Positions 30,193 to 37,761 of a DNA stretch of 64,000 nt are shown here, piece by piece. The notes beneath the pieces are model-generated. The model saw nothing but the letters and a program-made list of their open reading frames with translations, was not told the DNA's origin and did not search any database. The translations under genes were made by a program, and so were the position numbers. Origin of the DNA: Thermoprotei archaeon (GTDB lineage: Archaea > Thermoproteota > Thermoprotei_A > Sulfolobales > Desulfurococcaceae). The stretch lies in NCBI GenBank assembly GCA_040514375.1, contig JBEVCI010000010.1, positions 27,163 through 91,162 on the forward strand, written 5' to 3'. How positions within the stretch are numbered: position 1 is the stretch's first letter; each line of letters starts with the position of its first letter.

Positions 30193-30646
30193 AGTATCCC
30201 TTAGGGTTAATGGCGAGAAAGTAGAACTCGATGTTAAGCCTAATGAACTGTTGATCAATACTCTTAGAGAGAAGCTTGGTTTAACGAGTGTTAAGTATGG
30301 TTGTGGTATTGGCGAGTGTGGTAACTGTACAGTACTAGTTAATGGTGAACCAGTACTAGCTTGTCTTACTCTAACGGTTGACGTAGATGGAGCCGAGATC
30401 ACTACTGTTGAGGGGTTATCTAAGGAAGAGCTCACAGAGATACAGAAAGCATTTATCGAAGAAGGAGCTTTCCAGTGTGGTTACTGCACGCCAGCATTCA
30501 TTATAATGTCTGAGTACCTATTACGCGAGAAAGAGAAACCCTCACTCAATGATGTGAAAGAGTATTTAAAGGGAGTGCTGTGTCGTTGTACTGGCTATAT
30601 AAACATATTCAGAGCAGTACTTAGAGCCGCCAGTAGGAAGCACTGA
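30185..30646 (+). CDS. [2Fe-2S] small subunit, copy 2
   Basis: CGIGECGNCTV, CGYCTP and CRCTGY. ATG 30185 is preceded by GAGGTGGTG and overlaps the M2 stop (ATGGTTAG). Confidence 0.9.
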   Translation: MVRVSLRVNGEKVELDVKPNELLINTLREKLGLTSVKYGCGIGECGNCTVLVNGEPVLACLTLTVDVDGAEITTVEGLSKEELTEIQKAFIEEGAFQCGYCTPAFIIMSEYLLREKEKPSLNDVKEYLKGVLCRCTGYINIFRAVLRAASRKH

Positions 30647-30909
30647 TGAAGATCACCATTATATACTCTGGTTTTTTATCACAAATAACCGGTATTAAAC
30701 GCGAAGAAATAGACATCGAAGAGAATACTACGCTAGAAGAACTCCTCAACACAATCTATAGTAAACACCATAGACTAAGTGAATGGGTTAATAGAATCCC
30801 CCTCATAGAAGTCATGGTTAACGGCGAACCCGTATACAACCCGAGAAAACACGTACTTAGAGAAGGAGACGAAGTAGTTCTTGCACCAGTACTCTACGAA
30901 GGCGGTTGA
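30646..30909 (+). CDS. MoaD/ThiS-family beta-grasp (ubiquitin-like) protein with a C-terminal diglycine
   Basis: 87 aa ending ...VVLAPVLYEGG*. The ATG overlaps the S2 stop (TGATG). Confidence 0.75.
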   Translation: MKITIIYSGFLSQITGIKREEIDIEENTTLEELLNTIYSKHHRLSEWVNRIPLIEVMVNGEPVYNPRKHVLREGDEVVLAPVLYEGG

Positions 30910-31226
30910 TTTTAAAGACATATATAACAAGCCCGTGTATTTGAACCACGTCTACAAGCTTTAGGAGAATATTCCTCACCTGATTCCATTCCGGGATAAT
31001 AACTATTGCTAGGATTCCAGCAAATGAATACTCCTTATCATAAACACATGATATCCCCTAATAATTTCCTAGTTCATCGAAGACTCCAACTTTATTTTAG
31101 AAAATATTCCTGGTAAACAGCTGTACATTTCATGGTTTCCGGCATACTACAAACCTCTTTCATCAGCGTAGAGGCCATTGTTTAATGGTTCCTCATAAGG
31201 GTTAAACCACTATTCATAACCATGTT

Positions 31227-31643
31227 TTATGGGTGTGTTATTATATTATGTTTCATTGCTATCTCGGCTATTTTCTTGTCAAAGGTTGCTAGACCTGCTC
31301 CGGTAGATTTAGCGAGTTGAATGTATAGAGCATCGTATACAGTGATGTCTTCGTCTAATGCAAGTTTAAAGGCTTCCTCTGCAATCTCCTTTGAGGAATG
31401 TATTCTTAGTTTTGTCCATAATTTTAAGAGATCCTTGACGGCCTCTATTGCTTCTCCCTTATCTATGTCATGTATTTTTAATGCATGCTTCCATACAGCA
31501 TTTAGGGCTTCGGGAAGGGCTAAATCTATTGTTAATAACATCTCACCCTTTCTAATCCATAAACGTGTAAGATCACGCGCTTTCCTAGACCCCTCTTCGC
31601 TGAGTATGAGTTTTACTAGAAATGATGCATCGAGTACTATCAA
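31227..31643 (-). CDS. vapC: PIN-domain toxin (VapC)
   Basis: MIVLDASFLVKL (first acidic residue), later EA, DALY and FD acidic positions, and a 4-nt overlap with the upstream small ORF. Confidence 0.8.
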   Translation of the reverse strand: MIVLDASFLVKLILSEEGSRKARDLTRLWIRKGEMLLTIDLALPEALNAVWKHALKIHDIDKGEAIEAVKDLLKLWTKLRIHSSKEIAEEAFKLALDEDITVYDALYIQLAKSTGAGLATFDKKIAEIAMKHNIITHP

Positions 31644-31891
31644 TGCTCTTCCCTAGTCTCCCTAATGAGTTTTGTTGAATCCACTCTTGTTCTTCTTCTT
31701 CCTGCCCTCTCCTCGATCTCGTCTAGTATTTCGAGGAGCTCCAACGACTTGATACGTTCCTCGATAAATCTCCTAATCTCACTACTCCAATCAATACGGT
31801 ACTTCTTCATCTTCTCCTTTAACTCCCTCGGTACCCTGACCGATACAACTTCAGACAACAGTATACACCAAGTAATACATATTGTATACAC
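31640..31891 (-). CDS. vapB: VapB-type antitoxin
   Basis: VSVRVPRELKEKMKKYRIDWSSEIRRFIEERI is a typical archaeal VapB N-terminus. The true start is probably TTG at 31858, because an ATATAAATAG TATA-like box sits at about 31895-31910, too close to the ATG at 31891. Confidence 0.55.
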   Translation of the reverse strand: MYTICITWCILLSEVVSVRVPRELKEKMKKYRIDWSSEIRRFIEERIKSLELLEILDEIEERAGRRRTRVDSTKLIRETREEH

Positions 31892-32301
31892 ATCTATTTA
31901 TATGTTATTAGATATTACGCATTGCAATAAAATAATAAGTCTAATACAGTACTGTTTCACGCCCTCTAAAAGAAATAGCAAAGACCCTAGCACAGTTATC
32001 CCCGAAAACATGAAGTGAAGCTATTAAACGAGAAACACGGGAGATGCGAATATTTCACTACTATATAGGTTGGCAGTAATTACTGGGAAAGTATTTGTCT
32101 TTTCAAAGATAATAATTAATCGCAGTTATTGAAGACGTAAGGGAATTCGCTGTAACTATGCGATTCCCAGCGTTTTTGGCGACATCATAGGAGGGCGGCA
32201 TGCTAGGAAATCAGGAAACACTTTAGTTTACCCATACACAGTACTGATTTGAGGGGTGAAAAGCATTTAGATATGTTTATGCTGGAAGCAGAGGAATAGT
32301 A

Positions 32302-32769
32302 ATGGTTTTCCTAGACACTAATCCTATATAATCTACTATCTACTATCTGCATAATGTAGAGCCATATTCTCGAAGAGTAGAAGAACTATTATCAGAAGGG
32401 GACAGGCTCTATACAAGCATAAAAATACTAGATGAGGCCTTCTTCACAATAGCGAGAACAAAGGCATAGATGCAATTAGAAGTAAGACGCGTAGAAAAGC
32501 TTAGAGACTATATACGGAAACATAGATATGGATTCTTCGAGGAGGAAATAAATAAGCTATACAGCTTCCTGGAGGATATGGATATAACTGTATTAGAAGA
32601 CAAAGCTACGCCCCGGAGATAATAGATGTTACTAAGAAGTATCATCTACTGCCAGCAGATGCTATTGTAGCGATTAATACGTAAACACTACGAGATAAAT
32701 ATCATAGCAATCCTAGATGAAGACTTCAGAAGAGTACCGGGGCTAAAAAGCTATTCCACAGCATTTTGA
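32302..32769 (+). pseudogene. decayed PIN-domain (VapC-like) gene
   Basis: Fragments read MVFLDTNPI* / STIYYLHNVEPYSRRVEELLSEGDRLYTSIKILDEAFFTIARTKA* / MQLEVRRVEKLRDYIRKHRYGFFEEEINKLYSFLEDMDITVLEDKATP.. / ..KKYHLLPADAIVAINT*..INIIAILDEDFRRVPGL. PIN signature positions are spread over three frames with several stops. Confidence 0.6.
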
Positions 32770-33413
32770 GGAATATAAATCCGTGGAAAGCTGGAGAGTA
32801 CTAAGAGAAAAACAGTGGCGGGAGTACTCTTGCACAGGGATGCAACCAATATATTCTCTGCAATATATGCTATCAACTCATTGACGGAATCCTATATAAC
32901 AAGTTTTTATCAAGAGAATAGGAGCACGCTATAGGTGAACCGGAGACGTTGAAGATAAACCCAGAGCAACTAGAAACTCGTATCATAAAGCCGATCAAGA
33001 AGAGACTGATAAGGATAAGACCAGCAATAAGGGTAAACTCCAGCTCTAAGCCCTAGAGGAACAATAGGATACGTAAACCCGGCATTAACAATACATAGTA
33101 GTATTTATTAAGTTATCCGTTGAAGAATAAGTAGGTCATTGTCTGCCACCAAGTAGTAGCTGTTCATCGGGATCCTCTAATCCTTCGCCGTGGGATCTCC
33201 GTCACTCTAGGTAATAGATGTCTGCATCACACAGTAAATATCTGCTTAACACGATTAACTGCTTATGCGTTATCACTAACTATTCGTAATGCATTTTGCT
33301 CCATTTCTATGATACTGCTGAGATCGAGTTGTTGCGGTTTATGGCTGGTCTATATCTTGCAAACGTATTGGTATAGTAAAAGCTATAGCTCGCTAGAATA
33401 GTACTTATTGTTG

Positions 33414-33611
33414 ATGGATATCTTTATGGTTCTTTTACCAGGATACAAACGGCTAGAAGTTGTTCCGGGTAGACGGGGTGGTAGACCCACTATCAAAGGG
33501 ACGCGGATAACGGTAGATGATATTCTAGAAGCATTAGCTAGTGGGTGGAGTGTAGAAGAAACTGCTAACAATTATCGTATACCAGTAGAAGCGATCTACG
33601 AGGCTCTATGA
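33414..33611 (+). CDS. DUF433-domain protein (antitoxin-like)
   Basis: VVPGRRGGRPTIKGTRITVDDILEALASGWSVEETANNY matches the DUF433 core (GxP-x-I-x-GTRI). Confidence 0.7.
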   Translation: MDIFMVLLPGYKRLEVVPGRRGGRPTIKGTRITVDDILEALASGWSVEETANNYRIPVEAIYEAL

Positions 33612-33636
33612 TACGCGCTAGAAACCCTAAGAAAGG

Positions 33637-34011
33637 TTGAGGTGGTCGCTATCGAAAGTACTAGCTGACGAGAATATACCCTGGCCCCTAGTAAAACTCC
33701 TTAGAGATATGGGCCTCGATGTGAAGTGGATACCAGACACGAATCACCGGGGTATTAGCGACAGGGAGGTAGTACGTCTAGCAAATTCCAGTGGAAGAAT
33801 AGTATTAACGAGAGACAATAACTTCTTATTAGAAATAACTTTAAGAAAGGATGCTCAATATGGTATAATTTATATAGCTGAACCAGTAAGGAAGGACAAT
33901 GTAGATAAACTAGATAGAAACATCGTGAGAGCCTTAGAAGTACTAGAAGAGAAACCCCGTCTCGTGGTAATTATGGCAAACACTATAGAATTATATCCAC
34001 TCATACCATGA
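33637..34011 (+). CDS. DUF5615-type PIN-like protein (Mut7-C-related), partner of DUF433
   Basis: N-terminal LADENIPWPLVKLLRDMGLDV, then ISDREVVRLANSSGRIVLTRDNNF. TTG start 25 nt after the DUF433 stop. Confidence 0.6.
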   Translation: MRWSLSKVLADENIPWPLVKLLRDMGLDVKWIPDTNHRGISDREVVRLANSSGRIVLTRDNNFLLEITLRKDAQYGIIYIAEPVRKDNVDKLDRNIVRALEVLEEKPRLVVIMANTIELYPLIP

Positions 34012-34259
34012 TATTTATCCGTTTTTAAGCGTAAAGTACAACTAACTCAATAAATTGACGTATTAGGGTATTAGTCACTAGCCTTAATGAAGATGAAGAC
34101 TAGAGTACGTTTAGACCTCGTTCATTGGTATATTTCCCTTAATAGTTAGCAATTATTTGAAAGAACACTATGTCTCCTCGTTTTTCTTGAAAAATGTACA
34201 ACACCCTTTGGTTTTTCCTTAGCTCGTTTTCGTCTAGGTTAATTACGCTGGATTTTCTT

Positions 34260-36395
34260 CTAAAAACCCAGTAGTGAACCTACGTAGTATGTCGTTATCA
34301 TTGCTAGGTATCCTATACTCATCATTATAGCTACTGCTAGTAGTGTGTATTTGATGCTACGGGTCTCGCTGTAGATTACGGCTATTGTTGCTAGACATGG
34401 TACGTATAGTACTGTGAACAAAGCTATACTGGTTACTTGCGCATCCGTTAAACCAAGTGATATAATGGCTTCTCTAGCACTACTAGCACCAGTAGCTACT
34501 ATAAGCGTACTAACCACTACCTCTTTAGCTATAAAGCCCATGAGTAGAGCTAGTGCTACTATCCATGCTGGGTCACCGCTTAATCCTATGGGTTCTAGTA
34601 GTGGTGAGAATATCTTTGCTAACCCGAATGCTATGCTCTCACTCGGTTCCTCGGTATATGCTAGTCCTGGTGTATAGCTCGTCATAAACCACACTATGAT
34701 GCTTAACGTGAATATAACGATACCAGCTTTTACTAGGAAGTGTTTCGTATTACTCCATGTAAGCCACCACACAACCTTACCTACCGGTTTATGTACTGGC
34801 GGAAGCTCTATCAGTATCTCTGGTGATACAGCTCTACCCCTACGCCTATCTATCTCGTATAAAACCTTGTTCACGATAGCAAATACCACGAAAGCTACTA
34901 GGTAACCAAGCAGTATTAGTACTCCACCAGGTAGCCTTTGTAGTGCAGTAGCTAGTGCTAGCAATACTACTAGTCTTGCTTGACATGGTATGAATGCTAG
35001 TGTTAGTATGAGTCTAAGTCTTTCAAGTGGATCCGGTGTTCCACGTGTTGCTAGTATAGCTGGTACGTTACAGCCCAGTCCGAGCATCATCGGGAATACC
35101 GCGTGTCCCGAGATACCTATACGTGATAGCGTCGAGTGTAATCCAACAGCTATCCGCGGAGCTATACCCGAGTCTTCGAGTATTGCTAGCGCTAGTGCTA
35201 CTATGAATACGAGTGGAAGAAATACAAGTATTGCTCCAACACCACCTAGTATTCCATCAACGATGAGATGAGTCGTTGGTGTATCACCTAGTGCTGAGTA
35301 TATAGAGCCACCAATTAGTGTAAACGCTGTATCTACTAATCCGCTCAAACTATATTCCTCAACTAATGCTGCATACTCGCTCATACCCATATACTCGAGA
35401 ATAACATTGAGTGGGAAACCCGTGTTGATAGTAAATACTGCGATGAATACTAGTGTTAGAAAGACTATACTCGCTACAGAGCCCCATAACGGGTTATATA
35501 GGATCTTCGCTATTCTAGTAAGGCGGGGATACTCTACACGAGACCTTATCACAACACCATCGAGTAGCTTAAATATGTATTCAAATCGTTTACTAGCAGC
35601 TAGCTCAGCTAGATCTCTCTTAATCATTATGGATGCTTCTTCACGTATTCTCAGAATCTCTTTTAAAACCTCTTCTCCAAGCTTTTCCTTGATAAGTACT
35701 TCTAGCTCGTGATCCCCCTCTATCAGCCTAACAGCAGCCCATCTAACTGGTAGTTTTAAGCCGTCTACGTGTTTCGCGAGTATCTCCTCAATTGATTTAA
35801 TGAATGGTTCTAGTTCTCCATAATCTATTCTAAGGGGTTCACCGTCTCCTCTAGTAGCTCTATCTATAATGGTATCGAGTAGTTCCTCGATACCAATATT
35901 GTGAACAGCTGATACGGGTATTACTGGAGCTTTCAGCCTCTTACTGAGGAGATCCGCGTTTATGTGTATTCCATGGGGGTGCGCAGCATCTATCTTCGTT
36001 AACGCTATTACTACTCTTGGTGTTAATTCTAGTGTTTGTATAGCTAGATACATTGTTCTCTCTGGGTTTAGAGAATCAACTAGAACTAGTACCACGTCTG
36101 GTTCTCCGCTGAGAATATAGTTTCTAGCGATTCTCTCCTCGATCGTTAGTGATGAGAAACCATAAGTTCCCGGTAGGTCTACGAACTCGATCTCGTAGTC
36201 TCTGTGTTTCCGCTTTCCATAGTGTTTCTCAACGGTAACACCTGGCCAGTTGGCTACGAGTACCCGGTTATTAGTTAATACATTAAATAGTGTTGATTTA
36301 CCAACATTTGGTTGTCCAGCAACAGCTACGCGTATAGTCTTCTTCCCGGGGTTTACCTGGGGTTTTTGCTGAGTAGCCATAGTAGAACCGCCCAC
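34260..36395 (-). CDS. feoB: ferrous iron transporter FeoB
   Basis: N-terminal G-domain (GQPNVGKSTLFN, DLPG, TKID) followed by a polytopic membrane domain. The start overlaps the feoA stop. Confidence 0.9.
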   Translation of the reverse strand: MGGSTMATQQKPQVNPGKKTIRVAVAGQPNVGKSTLFNVLTNNRVLVANWPGVTVEKHYGKRKHRDYEIEFVDLPGTYGFSSLTIEERIARNYILSGEPDVVLVLVDSLNPERTMYLAIQTLELTPRVVIALTKIDAAHPHGIHINADLLSKRLKAPVIPVSAVHNIGIEELLDTIIDRATRGDGEPLRIDYGELEPFIKSIEEILAKHVDGLKLPVRWAAVRLIEGDHELEVLIKEKLGEEVLKEILRIREEASIMIKRDLAELAASKRFEYIFKLLDGVVIRSRVEYPRLTRIAKILYNPLWGSVASIVFLTLVFIAVFTINTGFPLNVILEYMGMSEYAALVEEYSLSGLVDTAFTLIGGSIYSALGDTPTTHLIVDGILGGVGAILVFLPLVFIVALALAILEDSGIAPRIAVGLHSTLSRIGISGHAVFPMMLGLGCNVPAILATRGTPDPLERLRLILTLAFIPCQARLVVLLALATALQRLPGGVLILLGYLVAFVVFAIVNKVLYEIDRRRGRAVSPEILIELPPVHKPVGKVVWWLTWSNTKHFLVKAGIVIFTLSIIVWFMTSYTPGLAYTEEPSESIAFGLAKIFSPLLEPIGLSGDPAWIVALALLMGFIAKEVVVSTLIVATGASSAREAIISLGLTDAQVTSIALFTVLYVPCLATIAVIYSETRSIKYTLLAVAIMMSIGYLAMITTYYVGSLLGF

Positions 36396-36622
36396 TAGGC
36401 GGGTTCTACTAGTATTTTACGAGCTATACCCCTTCCTATAGCGATCTCGACACCCATTACTCTCAGTACTATTGGTCCTCTACCATAGTTTGATACTACC
36501 TCTACCAATGCTCCTGGTGTTAACCCCATTTGGTATAGTCTATGAACAATACCATGACCACCAATTACCTGTATTATCTTAGCACGTGCTCCGGGTGGCA
36601 GCGTTTCTAGTGGTACTGGCAT
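36395..36622 (-). CDS. feoA: FeoA (SH3-like) iron transport accessory protein
   Basis: 75 aa. LRLYQMGLTPGALVEVV-type FeoA motif, AGGAGG 8 nt upstream of the ATG. Confidence 0.85.
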   Translation of the reverse strand: MPVPLETLPPGARAKIIQVIGGHGIVHRLYQMGLTPGALVEVVSNYGRGPIVLRVMGVEIAIGRGIARKILVEPA

Positions 36623-36635
36623 AGAACATCCTCCT

Positions 36636-36651
36636 GTTAGGGTAGCCTAAC
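36636..36651. promoter_or_regulatory. palindromic operator candidate (DtxR/IdeR-box-like) in the feoAB promoter
   Basis: GTTAGG-GTAG-CCTAAC lies 14-29 nt upstream of the feoA ATG. The 19-mer TTAGGGTAGCCTAACAACC (36637-36655) matches 14 of 19 positions of TTAGGTTAGCCTAACCTAA. An AT-rich TATA-like stretch lies about 25 bp further upstream. Confidence 0.4.
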
Positions 36652-36755
36652 AACCGGCTGATTAAACTATAATAACTTACCGAGGCTAAAATACCTTATT
36701 ATTTGAAACACCGGTATAGTTGAAATAGAACCAACTCGGGTGTGGAGTACTAGTA

Positions 36756-37454
36756 TTGAGTATAGAGGAATGGCTCGAGATATTCATAGAAAGGTATGGT
36801 CTGCTCGGTATATTCCTAGTTTCATTCATAGGTAATGCTATACCCTATTCGACTATACCATACTTGTTACTCATCATACTGTATTCCGGATTACTTAGCG
36901 ATTCTCTACAACAAGCGCTTCTCGTGATAATTTCTGGGTTTGGAGCTGCTATGGGTAAGCTTGTAGTCTACATGTTTGGTTATGGAATAAGTAGAGTATT
37001 ACCCGAGAAAACTAGGAAAAACCTAGAGCTGTTCACCGAGGTTTTCCGGAAATCAACATTTATAGCTGTATACTTATTCGCTGCACTTCCACTACCCGAT
37101 GATATATTATACGTGCCACTAGGAGCAACTAGGTATAGCGTCGTTAAGTACTTCATAGCCCTCGTGCTAGGTAAGATAACCATTACAGCATTAGCAGTAT
37201 TCTTTGGCTCAGCCACTACCAGTTACCTTAGAGAAGCAATGGGTTTACCACCATATATCTCGATACCAATACTACTAGTTATAACACTATACATAATGTA
37301 CCTCGTAGCTGTTATAGACTGGAATAAAGCAACGAGCATAGCTATGAAGAAGGGACTAGCTGAGACAATAAGCTATGTTCTAAGAAGCGCGTGGAAAGCA
37401 ACACGCGAAATACCAGCCAGGACAGCTGGGTTTCTAAGGAGAGTCGTTAAATAA
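36756..37454 (+). CDS. DedA/VTT (SNARE-associated)-family membrane protein
   Basis: YGLLGIFLVSFIGNAIPYSTIPY N-terminal motif and 5-6 TM helices. Confidence 0.5.
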   Translation: MSIEEWLEIFIERYGLLGIFLVSFIGNAIPYSTIPYLLLIILYSGLLSDSLQQALLVIISGFGAAMGKLVVYMFGYGISRVLPEKTRKNLELFTEVFRKSTFIAVYLFAALPLPDDILYVPLGATRYSVVKYFIALVLGKITITALAVFFGSATTSYLREAMGLPPYISIPILLVITLYIMYLVAVIDWNKATSIAMKKGLAETISYVLRSAWKATREIPARTAGFLRRVVK

Positions 37455-37761
37455 CCCATTACACAAATAAACACGTTATGGGATGACGAGGAACCCGGGA
37501 AAACAGCCCCCTCCAAAGGGGGCTATGACTGTATAAGCTATTGTGAGCGGGCTCTGACCAACCAACTATTATGGCTATGCCTTCTCATGTGTCTATCCAG
37601 CAAATAAAAAGTAGTAACAAGTACTCGTTTTCCATAATACTTATGCTTAAACACTTATTTTCTCTCTACATGTATATCTTATACTGTACACTCTGATCTC
37701 TATGATAGCCGGTTCAGAGCTTGACTTGGTCTAGTACTAGCAGTAAATAAAGGGATAACCG

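Noticed and set aside
26120-30435. Minus-strand ORFs 26120..26854, 29625..30083 and 30130..30435, and small plus/minus ORFs inside the molybdoenzyme operon
   Set aside because: They are antisense or out-of-frame to motif-rich genes. They are Ser/Thr/Leu-rich, and the similarity between the two copies simply mirrors the duplicated sense genes.
31892-33407. Possible CRISPR array or other periodic repeats in the ORF-free stretch
   Set aside because: Reading through it, I found no repeat unit of 24-40 nt recurring at regular spacing, only trivial short repeats (for example tactatctactatctg).
37482-37558. Canonical C/D-box sRNA call
   Set aside because: The C box has a mismatch (AUGACGA), no convincing D' or C' boxes are present, and the ~73-nt length exceeds typical archaeal C/D sRNAs. 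It is reported only as a GC-rich hairpin.
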